From Nanobdellota archaeon (lineage in GTDB: Archaea; Nanobdellota; Nanobdellia; Woesearchaeales; UBA11576): DNA of 64,000 bases. The notes under the pieces are model-generated. The model searched no databases and was not told the DNA's origin. It worked only from the letters and a program-made list of their open reading frames with translations. This document shows positions 8,677 through 17,414 of the stretch, in pieces; position 1 is the stretch's first letter; each line of letters begins with the position of its first letter. The position numbers were made by a program, and so were the translations under genes. The stretch spans positions 1,393 through 65,392 of the forward strand of contig JBHPEY010000004.1 of assembly GCA_042576705.1 (NCBI GenBank), written 5' to 3'.

Positions 8677-9345
8677 ATGTATGGACAAGGTGGATATGGT
8701 GGGGGCGGAAGGTCCCGAGGTGGTTACGGCGGTGGATCCGGTGGCGGCGGTGGCGGCGGCGGATACGGCGGCGGTGGCGGCGGTGGTTTTGGCGGCGGTG
8801 GTGTCGCTCCAGTCAGTGTCGGTGAAGAGTTAGATGTGCGAATAGAAGCAGTCGGCGAAAAGGGCGACGGCATCGCAAGAAAACGTGGATTCGTGTTGTT
8901 CATTCCGAGCACAAAAGAAGGCGACGAAGTCAGAGTCAGAGTTACAAAGGTTCTGCGTAAGGTAGGCTTTGCAGAAGTTGTAGGAAAGGCGCAAGGCACT
9001 CCTGAAACGTCTGCTCCTCCTGCAAGGGAAGATGCTCCTGCAGCAAGGCCAGCACCTATAGTGCATGAACCAGCACCAGAGGATACAGAGGATTTCGGTG
9101 AAGAACCTGCTGAGGAACCAGCAGCGGAGGAACCCGCAGCTGAGGAACCCGCAGCTGAGGAACCTGTGGCAGAGGAAGCACCCGCTGAGGAACCAGAGAT
9201 GGAAGCCCCTCCTTTACCAGAAGAGGAACCTGCTCCTGAGGCTCCAGCTCCAGAAGTCCCTGAACCTCCAGAAGCTCCTGAGGCTCCTGCGGAAGAAGCA
9301 CCCGCAGAAGAACCAGCAGCCGAAGAAGAAAAAAAGGAAGAGTAA
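8677..9345 (+). CDS. TRAM-domain protein with Gly/Tyr/Arg-rich N-terminus and acidic PAEE-repeat tail
   Basis: VSVGEELDVRIEAVGEKGDGIARKRGFVLFIPSTKEGDEVRVRVTKVLRKVGFAEVV is a TRAM fold pattern. The N-terminal 40 aa are GGYGGGGRSRGGYGGG.., and the C-terminal ~110 aa are (P)AEEPAAEE repeats. Confidence 0.8.
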   Translation: MYGQGGYGGGGRSRGGYGGGSGGGGGGGGYGGGGGGGFGGGGVAPVSVGEELDVRIEAVGEKGDGIARKRGFVLFIPSTKEGDEVRVRVTKVLRKVGFAEVVGKAQGTPETSAPPAREDAPAARPAPIVHEPAPEDTEDFGEEPAEEPAAEEPAAEEPAAEEPVAEEAPAEEPEMEAPPLPEEEPAPEAPAPEVPEPPEAPEAPAEEAPAEEPAAEEEKKEE

Positions 9346-9395
9346 ACACTTCCTAAATTTTTTTATTCCTTTCTTATTCTAAACTCCAACTCAAA

Positions 9396-9932
9396 ATGCG
9401 GCTGTTCATAGCGATCGAAGTCCCGGAAGATATCAAACAGATTCTGATAGCAGCAAGAGATAAGCTGATATTCCCAGGCAAGGCCGCAAAGACAAAAGAA
9501 TTCCATCTCACACTGAAGTTCCTGGGAGAAGTAGACGAACCAAAAGCAAAACAACTGAGCAAGGCTCTGGAAAAGATAGAGTTCAACCCATTCACACTGA
9601 CACTATCAGACATAGGGGCATTTCCCAACAGGAACAAAGCAAGGGTCATCTGGGCAGGACTCACACCTCACGAAAACATAAATTCCATCCAGCAGCGCAT
9701 AGACAACGAATGCGAAACCCTCGGTTTCAAGAAAGACGACCGCTTCCACCCACACCTCACACTGGCCAGGATAAAGTCCATAGACGACAAGGAAGAATTC
9801 CTGAAATGCCTGGATAGCATAAGCCTGACCAAAGCAGAATTCAAGGTAGACTCATTCAAGCTCATCAAGTCGACATTGACCCCTGAAGGACCCATCTATG
9901 ATGTTCTTAATTCATTCTCATCCCAACAATAA
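9396..9932 (+). CDS. thpR: RNA 2',3'-cyclic phosphodiesterase / 2'-5' RNA ligase (2H superfamily)
   Basis: Two H-x-T-x motifs (FHLTLKFLG and HPHLTLARI) at the expected spacing; 178 aa. Confidence 0.85.
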   Translation: MRLFIAIEVPEDIKQILIAARDKLIFPGKAAKTKEFHLTLKFLGEVDEPKAKQLSKALEKIEFNPFTLTLSDIGAFPNRNKARVIWAGLTPHENINSIQQRIDNECETLGFKKDDRFHPHLTLARIKSIDDKEEFLKCLDSISLTKAEFKVDSFKLIKSTLTPEGPIYDVLNSFSSQQ

Positions 9933-10073
9933 CTTTATAAACCCCCTCCAATGTCTTCTAACACATTGCCCAGCATACAGGAAAGCCGATAAAGGGACTG
10001 TATGTGCACTGCAGGGCGATAATAATGCAGTAATAGGATATCTCATTCTATTACTAGCTCAGGAGGCTTTAAA

Positions 10074-10673
10074 ATGGCAGAAGATCAGCTTTTGGTGCCA
10101 ATCGACCATTATCTCAAGGCAGGCATCCATATAGGAACAAAATTCAAGACAAAGTACATGGAGAATTTCATCTACAAGACAAGGCCTGATGGGCTTTACG
10201 TGCTCAATCTCCAGAAGATAGATGAGCGCATAGCCCTCGCTTCAAAGTTCCTGGCCAAGTTCGAGCCTGAGGAGATCCTTGTAGCATGCAGGCGTGAGAA
10301 CGGCCACAAGCCGACAAGATACTTCAACAAGGTCACGAACATCCGTGTATTTCCAGGCAGGTATCCTCCGGGGATCCTGACCAACACAAACCTTGAGAAC
10401 TTCATAGAGGCAAAGGTGCTTCTCATTGTTGATGCCTGGCCGGACAGGAACGCGATCCGTGACGCATTCAAGGTAGGCATCCCTGTTGTTGCCCTGTGCG
10501 ACACAAACAACCAGACAAACCATCTTGACCTGGTGATACCCTGCAACAACAAGGGTAAAAAAGCACTAGGATTGTTCTTCCACATCCTCGCGACCAATTA
10601 CCTGCGAGAGCGCGGCGAGCTCCCTAGAGACAAGGAACTCGAGTACACTGTGGAAGACTTCACAGAGGTTTGA
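10074..10673 (+). CDS. rps2: 30S ribosomal protein S2 (uS2)
   Basis: LLVPIDHYLKAGIHIGT.., NLQKIDERI, IPVVALCDTNN; 199 aa; AGGAGG lies 8 nt upstream of the ATG. Confidence 0.9.
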   Translation: MAEDQLLVPIDHYLKAGIHIGTKFKTKYMENFIYKTRPDGLYVLNLQKIDERIALASKFLAKFEPEEILVACRRENGHKPTRYFNKVTNIRVFPGRYPPGILTNTNLENFIEAKVLLIVDAWPDRNAIRDAFKVGIPVVALCDTNNQTNHLDLVIPCNNKGKKALGLFFHILATNYLRERGELPRDKELEYTVEDFTEV

Positions 10674-10692
10674 ACCCAGAATTTTTTTTATT

Positions 10693-11382
10693 TCACTCTT
10701 TTATTTCTTCAACACCAGAATTAATGATCCGAAACACTTCCACATTATCCTCTGCAATGCTGCGGTGCTTCTTGAGTATAGCCTTCCGCACACCCTTGTG
10801 CCCTTTCTGCAGTTCAATCAGGCATTTGCTCTGGTACTTCAGGATATCCCCCCCAACTAATTTCACAGCACCTTCCTGTTCAAAGCTTGAATACACCTGG
10901 TTGGTTATCACAACAGGTATGTTCTTCCGTCGCGATATCTCATTCAGATATGAAAGCTGCATCCCAAGATCCTTGTTTACAGTATAGATATCATCGGTCT
11001 TCCCGACCTCGAGCCGGTAAAGCATGGATATTGTATCGACGATGATTATCCCGATGTCCTCATCGATGATGCTGCTCAACTGGCCGAACGCATTCCTCTG
11101 CTCAGAGAAGTTCATGGGTTTCAGGAATATCATGTTGTCGACAACGTCATTATACTTGTCAGGACAGACCTGCTTTAACCTCTCAACAGAAAAACCCCCT
11201 TCAGTGTCGATATAGACAGCCTTCTTTCCCTTGAGAACAACATCGACCGCAGCGATTATGCAAAGATTAGACTTTCCCGAACCCGCAGGCCCGTACACTG
11301 TGGTTACTGTGTCTGTCTCGAATCCCCCTTCAAGAAGCCTGTTGAAGACCTCAGACCCGGTCGATACACGGCTGATTTCCAT
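10693..11382 (-). CDS. radB: DNA repair and recombination protein RadB
   Basis: Short RecA-family protein (229 aa) without the N-terminal HhH domain. LLEGGFETDTVTTVYGPAGSGKSNL Walker A, IIIVDTIS Walker B. Confidence 0.85.
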   Translation of the reverse strand: MEISRVSTGSEVFNRLLEGGFETDTVTTVYGPAGSGKSNLCIIAAVDVVLKGKKAVYIDTEGGFSVERLKQVCPDKYNDVVDNMIFLKPMNFSEQRNAFGQLSSIIDEDIGIIIVDTISMLYRLEVGKTDDIYTVNKDLGMQLSYLNEISRRKNIPVVITNQVYSSFEQEGAVKLVGGDILKYQSKCLIELQKGHKGVRKAILKKHRSIAEDNVEVFRIINSGVEEIKE

Positions 11383-11456
11383 GTATTATATTGCCTAAGC
11401 GGTTTTTATAAAGGTTTTGCTAAACATATAAATACCCTGATTTATAACCAGACTCC

Positions 11457-12953
11457 ATGATAAAGAAGCAGTATTGCCTGTATATCCTTGCAGCGATATT
11501 CCTGCTGGCATTGGCATTCAGGCTGTTCCTGGCCTTCCAGACCCAGAACTTCGAAGTGGGTGACGCATACTTCAATTACCGTCAGGTCGAGTCGATAAAG
11601 GACACAGGCATGCCGACTTACATCGATGAGTTGAGTTATTCCGGCAGGACAAGGATATTCCCTCCGGTGTATTACTACATCCTCTCAGCATTCTCTTTCC
11701 TGATAGGGACAATATTCGCACTTAAGATAATCCCTAACATACTGGCGTGCATCCTGATAATAATAATCTATTACATCGTGCTTGAGATGACAAATAACCG
11801 AAGCATCGCGCTTTTCTGTGCTTTCACTTCAGCGTTCATCCCTCTCTTCTTTGCAAAGACACTGAATTCCGCGTCAATATTATCATTCACGCTCCCCCTG
11901 ATGTTCTACGTGCTTTACTGTTTCATGCGTATCAAGGAAAGGAAGTTCCTGCATCATTTCCTGTTCTTTTCTTTTGTCTTGTCATTGACGAGCGCAATAT
12001 CTTTCCTGTTTGTCTTCGCACTTCTCATATACCTGGTGCTTGTGAAGCTGGAATATCAGCTCAAGAACCGGCTTGAATTGGAGGCCATACTTTTTGTCAT
12101 ATTCCTGATGATATGGATCAACGTGTTGGTATACAAGAAAGCATTTTTGTTCCATTCATACGCATTGATCTGGCAGAATATCCCTCTACAGGTTCTGGCA
12201 TCCTATTTCAAGCAGGTGGATATTGTGGCCAGTGTGACAAACATAGGTCTAATACCTCTGATGCTGGGGATCTATGCCATTTATAGGTACATGCTTAAGG
12301 AAAGGGATAAACGCACGTATCTCCTGATGGCATTTGCCCTGGCCGTCGCGTTCCTGCTCTGGTTCAAGTTGATAACATTAGACATCGGCCTCATGTTCCT
12401 GGGCGCGATACTCATCCCTCTTTTAGGCCAGACGATGAATCTCCTGTTCAAGTATGTTGAGATGACCAAGGTGTCATCATACAAGTGGCTTTTCTGGATT
12501 CCCTTGTTCGTGATGGTGCTACTGACATCTATAATCCCCTCTGTAGCAAAGGCCTCTGTGGTGATAGAGGAATCATTACATGATGATGAGATGCGCGCTT
12601 TGGTCTGGTTGAGGGAGAACACACCAGAGGACGCTGTGATACTATCGACAATCCAGGAAGGCAATCTCATAACATCCATCGCAGAGAGAAAGAACGTTGC
12701 TGATGATGATTTCGTGCTTATACGCGCACCTGGCGATATTTTTGATGATATAGGAAGGGCATACACGACCATACTGAAGACAAATGCTGTGGAATTGATG
12801 AATAAGTATGATGTAGATTACGTTTATTTCTCACCGAGAGCAAAGGCCGAGTTCGATATGGAGTCCCTGAAGTTTGCTGAAAAGGACTGCTTCGAGCTCG
12901 TCTATGATGATAACATACAGGTCTACAGGTCATTGTGCGAGGTAAGGGCATAA
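11457..12953 (+). CDS. STT3/AglB-family (GT-C) membrane protein, WWDYG motif degenerate
   Basis: About 13 TM helices. The first external loop has EVGDAYFNYRQVESI (compare the STT3 D-P-Y-F-N-Y-R motif). The region equivalent to WWDYG reads ILSTIQEGNLITSIAERKNVADDD. C-terminal ..YDVDYVYFSP. Confidence 0.6.
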   Translation: MIKKQYCLYILAAIFLLALAFRLFLAFQTQNFEVGDAYFNYRQVESIKDTGMPTYIDELSYSGRTRIFPPVYYYILSAFSFLIGTIFALKIIPNILACILIIIIYYIVLEMTNNRSIALFCAFTSAFIPLFFAKTLNSASILSFTLPLMFYVLYCFMRIKERKFLHHFLFFSFVLSLTSAISFLFVFALLIYLVLVKLEYQLKNRLELEAILFVIFLMIWINVLVYKKAFLFHSYALIWQNIPLQVLASYFKQVDIVASVTNIGLIPLMLGIYAIYRYMLKERDKRTYLLMAFALAVAFLLWFKLITLDIGLMFLGAILIPLLGQTMNLLFKYVEMTKVSSYKWLFWIPLFVMVLLTSIIPSVAKASVVIEESLHDDEMRALVWLRENTPEDAVILSTIQEGNLITSIAERKNVADDDFVLIRAPGDIFDDIGRAYTTILKTNAVELMNKYDVDYVYFSPRAKAEFDMESLKFAEKDCFELVYDDNIQVYRSLCEVRA

Positions 12954-12954
12954 C

Positions 12955-14436
12955 ATGGTGTCAGAACAGATCAGGATAAACCTGAAGAAGAAGAACCTCT
13001 TGATGTTTGTAGTGATACTTCTTTTCCTTGTGCTGGTCATACCCACTTTTGTCCGTTTCTATCAGGGCAATGATTCCCTGATAGGCTCCGAACCATATTA
13101 TCATTTCAGGGCTGCGCGTGAACTTCTTCAGGTAGGGGAGTATAACCCGTTTGACGCTCCGGAAGATATCTCTGACATGTCTCATTCACCAAGGGATTAT
13201 TCATTTAACCCATACCATTACCTGCTTGTTTATGCTTCAAAGATAGTCTCATTACCGACTGCATCAAGGATACTGCCTCTTATTTTGGGCATGCTCAGCA
13301 TATTCCTGTTCAATCTCCTGCTGAAGCTGTTTATAGAAGAGGACTATAAGCGGAAGATAATACTTATACTGCTGGTGATGAACCCTGCGTTCATATACAC
13401 ATTCACTGTATCGACACCGCACAGCGCAGCGATCGCCCTGACGCTCTTGGGCACGTTCTTTTTCACAAGGAAAGGGCTGCATAACCTGATACTTTCAGTG
13501 TTTTGTCTCGCGATTGTCTCGTTCTTCAGCCTTTTCAACACCCTGCTGGCCATCCTTTTATTACTGGCTTATATCCTGACAAAGAAGGAGCTGCAGAACC
13601 GCTTCATAATTGTTGTTTTCCTGCTTGCACTTTTCTCGTTCGCAAAAAGGACAAGCTTCTTTTACAACTATACATACACTCCAACCATCAATATAGTGGG
13701 CAATTTGTTCTCAGACCTGGGAGGCATCCTGGGATTTGGGATATTCTCAGTCATACTGGCGATTTATGGTGTAGCCTCCAACTGGAGACGCAAATCAGAC
13801 TTTATCCTTTTCTTCGTGCTGTCATTGATGCTCATAAGCGCTCTTCTCTTCGCAGGCAACATGCCAAACATGTACCTCATGTTCTTTGTGGCAATCGCAG
13901 CAGGGATAGGTTTTGTCAAGCTCTACGAGCTCCAATGGAGCGTAACCAGTGTGAAGAACCTCGCTTTGCTTATATTGGTCTGCGGCCTGATGTTCTCCAC
14001 AGTCTCCTATATGACAAGGCTGGCTTCCATGGAGCCAGACAAGAACACCATAGAAAGCCTCTCATGGATGGGCTCCAACACATTCAAGAATGGGTTTGTG
14101 CTGAGCCATTATGATTACGGCTATATGATATCGACAGTGGCAAGGAATCCTGTAGTGGCAGATTCTCTCTCAGCATCAGGATATGACCAGCAGTTCTTCT
14201 ACAAGGTGCAGGATTCGATGTTCTACGGTAGAGAATTGAAGGAGACAAGGCAGCTGTTTGACGTGTACAATATAGATTATGTCTACATAACCCCTGAGAT
14301 GAAGTCCGGCAAGGTCTGGCGAAGGTCGAACGAGGGACTTCTCTTCCTGTTCACCAACAACAGGACCTTCAAGAATATCTATGACAAGGACGGCTTTGAG
14401 GTATGGGAAGCGATAAACACGACAGTTGCAAAGTAA
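12955..14436 (+). CDS. aglB: STT3/AglB-family oligosaccharyltransferase-like membrane protein
   Basis: Paralog of the upstream gene with only a 1-nt gap. GSEPYYHFRAARELL in loop 1, and VLSHYDYGYMISTVARNPVVADS, a WWDYG-type motif (W-W replaced by H-Y). C-terminal YNIDYVYITP. Confidence 0.6.
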   Translation: MVSEQIRINLKKKNLLMFVVILLFLVLVIPTFVRFYQGNDSLIGSEPYYHFRAARELLQVGEYNPFDAPEDISDMSHSPRDYSFNPYHYLLVYASKIVSLPTASRILPLILGMLSIFLFNLLLKLFIEEDYKRKIILILLVMNPAFIYTFTVSTPHSAAIALTLLGTFFFTRKGLHNLILSVFCLAIVSFFSLFNTLLAILLLLAYILTKKELQNRFIIVVFLLALFSFAKRTSFFYNYTYTPTINIVGNLFSDLGGILGFGIFSVILAIYGVASNWRRKSDFILFFVLSLMLISALLFAGNMPNMYLMFFVAIAAGIGFVKLYELQWSVTSVKNLALLILVCGLMFSTVSYMTRLASMEPDKNTIESLSWMGSNTFKNGFVLSHYDYGYMISTVARNPVVADSLSASGYDQQFFYKVQDSMFYGRELKETRQLFDVYNIDYVYITPEMKSGKVWRRSNEGLLFLFTNNRTFKNIYDKDGFEVWEAINTTVAK

Positions 14437-14437
14437 T

Positions 14438-14926
14438 TTACTGCTTCTTCCTGACCTTGATGAAATCGCTCATTGTGAACCCATCATCATCGCTTTTGGT
14501 CTGTTTGGCAATCGGAATCTCTCCACCTTCTCCGATTTCCTCGACAAGCTCTATCTTCAGCAGCCTCTCAAGCTTTCGGGCCTGGTCAATTGAAGGTGTG
14601 AACTGCCCCCCCTCAATCTTCTGCATGATTGAGTGCTTCTCATTGAGCCGTTTGGCGAACTCTTCCTGGGTAAGACCCATCTTCTCCCGCGCATCCCGGA
14701 CCTTCTTTGCATAATCCTCTGTTATGGCCTCAAGTATCTCTTTCCGCCGCGGAACCATCTGACGCCGAGGCTGGGGGATATTCTTTGATGATATATACGG
14801 ACGTCGCACAATCTCGCCGAATTTTGCGCATCCCGGACACAGTTCAAGCACAGTTCCCTCTATCTTTGCTTTCTGAAGAGTCTCCATAGATTTTCCACAC
14901 ATTTCACATGCTGCCATTTTGTTCAC
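14438..14926 (-). CDS. mbf1: multiprotein bridging factor 1 (Zn ribbon plus Cro/C1 HTH)
   Basis: CEMCGK..CPGC N-terminal ribbon and GLTQEEFAKRLNEKHSIMQKIEGG HTH; 162 aa. Confidence 0.85.
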   Translation of the reverse strand: MNKMAACEMCGKSMETLQKAKIEGTVLELCPGCAKFGEIVRRPYISSKNIPQPRRQMVPRRKEILEAITEDYAKKVRDAREKMGLTQEEFAKRLNEKHSIMQKIEGGQFTPSIDQARKLERLLKIELVEEIGEGGEIPIAKQTKSDDDGFTMSDFIKVRKKQ

Positions 14927-15325
14927 CTACTGATTTTTTAGTATTGTGACCGTAATATGCCTTTCTCGAGGCCCGTCAAAACAACATAACATTATTGCTT
15001 GCCAAGTTCCCAACAATAACTTCCCATCTTTTACAGGTATTGTCTCGCTAGGTCCGATAACAGATGCCTTTATGTGTGCTGCAGCGTTATTATCGACCTG
15101 GTCATGCCTCCACTTCCCATGAGGGATCGCATCATCAAGCGCATCGATTATGTCGAGGCAGATATTCGGGTCATCATTTTCATTGATAGCGATTGCAGCA
15201 GTAGCATGTGAAACATACACATTACAAAGCCCTTCAGAAACACCTGATTCCTTGACAGCGGATACTACCTGATGCGTGATATCGATGAGCTCCTGCCTCT
15301 TTGTTGTAGAAATTGTGAATTCCAT
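14927..15325 (-). CDS. YjbQ/UPF0047 family protein (secondary thiamine-phosphate synthase-like)
   Basis: HATAAIAINENDDP and DNNAAAHIKASVIGPS motifs; 132 aa; directly abuts mbf1. Confidence 0.8.
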   Translation of the reverse strand: MEFTISTTKRQELIDITHQVVSAVKESGVSEGLCNVYVSHATAAIAINENDDPNICLDIIDALDDAIPHGKWRHDQVDNNAAAHIKASVIGPSETIPVKDGKLLLGTWQAIMLCCFDGPRERHITVTILKNQ

Positions 15326-15350
15326 TGTCCTGGATAATGAAAATAAAAAA

Positions 15351-15500
15351 AGGCGGCGGAGGGACTTTCAGGAGGCTTCATTGAAACCTCATTTTGAACC
15401 CCCAAATGATCGCTGTCTTCCTTTCATAGCGCGTTAGCGCTCAACACAGCAAGTGTGCCAGTCTGCAGGCGATTGCCTTACCGGATTTGGCGACGCCGCC
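15351..15500 (-). tRNA. tRNA-Cys(GCA) with two introns (anticodon loop 37/38 and T-loop)
   Basis: Minus strand: GGCGGCG-TC-GCCAAATCCGGTAAGGC-A-ATCGC-CTGCAG[47-nt intron]A-GCGAT-CATTT-GGGGG-TTCAAA[ATGAGGTTTCAATGAAGCCTCCTGAAAG]T-CCCTC-CGCCGCC-T. Discriminator U73 fits Cys. One G-U pair in the T stem. Confidence 0.7.
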
Positions 15501-15524
15501 AATAAGAGCAGATAAGATAACTGG

Positions 15525-15535
15525 GTATTTAAAAG
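15525..15535 (-). promoter_or_regulatory. TATA box for tRNA-Cys
   Basis: The minus strand reads CTTTTAAATAC, ending about 25 nt upstream of the tRNA 5' end at 15500. Confidence 0.5.
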
Positions 15536-15592
15536 TATTTCTATATGGATATATCAAATTAAATTGTTGCAGAGAGATCTGCTTAGCCACTA

Positions 15593-15676
15593 CCACGATG
15601 TCAGGTTCTAAGACTCTCTGCGTATCGTTCAGGCCGAAGGCCAGCTCCTTATATCGTTTCTTTTACTAAAGCGCAA
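15593..15676 (+). repeat. conserved intergenic element, copy B
   Basis: CCACG-ATGTCAG-GTTCTAAGACTCTCTGCGTATCGTTCA-GGCCGAAGGCC-AGCTCCT-TATATCGTTTCTTTTACTAAAGCGCAA. Confidence 0.8.
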
Positions 15677-15704
15677 CTCCTCAAAAAGCCTAAAACAGAA
15701 GTCC

Positions 15705-16142
15705 CTATATCCTCTCAAGCTTGTCCTTATAAAGCGAAAGGAAGTTAGGCAGCTGTGAATGCAGATTCTCCGGAAACTCGCCCCACCTGAACCAGCCAAC
15801 CTCTGAGAACTTGTGCGGCTCACCATTCTGCACACCAGACCTATCGATCAACACCTTGAAATCAACAGCCAGCCAGTGAGTCTTATTACCTTCATGCTCG
15901 CGATGCACATCACGATACCCTAAAAATTCATGATCAAGAACATCTGCACAGAACTCCTCAGATATCTCCTTCTTCAATGTATCAATCACCTTGTGCCCGA
16001 ACTCAAGCCCACCGCCTCCGCAGTCCCAGCGGCCATGCTCATCCCTGCAATTAGGACTGCGCTTGTTCAGAAGAAAGTTACCTGCACCATCATGACAGAG
16101 ATACACCACACTTATTCCAGTATAATCAATTCCTTTCTTCAT
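15705..16142 (-). CDS. NUDIX hydrolase
   Basis: Nudix box GGGLEFGHKVIDTLKKEISEEFCA (G-x5-E-x7-R/K-E-x2-E-E); 145 aa. Confidence 0.8.
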   Translation of the reverse strand: MKKGIDYTGISVVYLCHDGAGNFLLNKRSPNCRDEHGRWDCGGGGLEFGHKVIDTLKKEISEEFCADVLDHEFLGYRDVHREHEGNKTHWLAVDFKVLIDRSGVQNGEPHKFSEVGWFRWGEFPENLHSQLPNFLSLYKDKLERI

Positions 16143-16165
16143 GCATCTACCTCAAGTAAAAGGAA

Positions 16166-16274
16166 CGGCCCCGGCGGGACTTTCGTGAGCTCCTGCATGC
16201 ATACAGGAGTTCTTTCGAACCCACGGTCTACAGCTTAGAAGGCTGTCGCCTTATCCAGGCTAGGCTACGGGGCC
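16166..16274 (-). tRNA. tRNA-Arg(UCU) with a 34-nt T-loop intron
   Basis: Minus strand: GGCCCCG-TA-GCCT-AGCCTGGATA-AGGC-G-ACAGC-CTTCTAA-GCTGT-AGACC-GTGGG-TTCGAA[AGAACTCCTGTATGCATGCAGGAGCTCACGAAAG]T-CCCGC-CGGGGCC-G. The intron occupies plus-strand 16180..16213. Confidence 0.8.
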
Positions 16275-16313
16275 ATGGAAACAATTTGATTAAAAGGAAT
16301 TTAAATATTTTAC

Positions 16314-17414
16314 CTAAGGAAGCCACTTCCCAGGATTCTTCAGCTTCTCAGGCAGGTAAGTATCAACCACATAATTCAACGAATGCGCAGCAAACGCCTG
16401 CTGCTCGACCCTCTTCTTCATCGTGATCATCAGCTGCAGCGCCTTCTGCCATTCCTTGTGATACTGCACAAACGGGTCATTCTTAATCCCATCCTTCACT
16501 CGTTTAATGTCAATATCCTTCAGAGGATGCGTAGGAAGTTTATAGTCAATGATATCCTGCGGTGTCACCCCGATGAACTTTGCCTGCGGCACGCAGAAAT
16601 ACTTGTTGATATGCGCAGCGTTCCCGCTACCGACCTTCAGCGTCCTATAGATGTTCAAAAAACCATACGGGTCTCCATCTGTGAACACATACACAGGTAT
16701 CTTCTGGGAATCCGCCAACCGCCTGATAAAACGACGACAGGCACGCGTAGGCACACCTCCCATAGATACCAAAATACAATTGGCCTTTTTCCAGTACCTG
16801 TGTTTGACAAGCCTCTGGAACATACCTGCTGTCTCTATAGCCAAGATGAACTTGGCGTCAGTATCAAACGTAAGATGCTCAACAGAGGACGGCACAGAGT
16901 AAGCCCCTGAACCGAATTTAGTACAATCAATCTTGATGTCCTTGCCAGTATCAGGGTCCTTGTCTATCACCACAAGCTTTCCTGCCACATCACCGCCTTT
17001 CTCTTCGGGGATGAAGCCTATCTGTTCCCTGTTGACCATCATCATGGATTCGATGTCATCCATCACAGTGTCTGACTCTGGCTGTTCCTTGAACCGGGCA
17101 TCTGCCCAGTTCTTTGAGATGTAGTACATCTCTCTTTTTGTGGCAATGTCATCTGTCTCCACTATCTTCTTGCTTTCGGTCATCATGAGCAGCGTCTGTG
17201 CGAATGTTTTCACAGTAGATGCAGACAACGTCCGCTCTTTCATCTTGCCGAGCAGCTCGAAGAACCCTGCTTTGGGTTCATACTTGACATTTGCCAGTGC
17301 CCTGACAGGCATCTGGAGTGAGGGGGCTTTCTTCTTGGCTATGGTCCCATGGACGTCCTGAGCAATGTCTTTTATCTTGCCGACTACATCAGCCGTGTCA
17401 TTTTTCTTGCTCAT
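16314..17414 (-). CDS. top6A: DNA topoisomerase VI subunit A (Spo11-like)
   Basis: 366 aa. YYISKNW.., Toprim region ILAIETAGMF and VFTDGDPYG. 4-nt overlap with top6B. Confidence 0.93.
   Translation of the reverse strand: MSKKNDTADVVGKIKDIAQDVHGTIAKKKAPSLQMPVRALANVKYEPKAGFFELLGKMKERTLSASTVKTFAQTLLMMTESKKIVETDDIATKREMYYISKNWADARFKEQPESDTVMDDIESMMMVNREQIGFIPEEKGGDVAGKLVVIDKDPDTGKDIKIDCTKFGSGAYSVPSSVEHLTFDTDAKFILAIETAGMFQRLVKHRYWKKANCILVSMGGVPTRACRRFIRRLADSQKIPVYVFTDGDPYGFLNIYRTLKVGSGNAAHINKYFCVPQAKFIGVTPQDIIDYKLPTHPLKDIDIKRVKDGIKNDPFVQYHKEWQKALQLMITMKKRVEQQAFAAHSLNYVVDTYLPEKLKNPGKWLP

Noticed and set aside
13503-14114. 203-aa alternative-frame ORF inside the second AglB-like gene
   Set aside because: It is on the same strand but out of frame with a 13-TM protein that has clear family motifs. 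Its Arg/His/Pro-rich translation is typical of an off-frame read.
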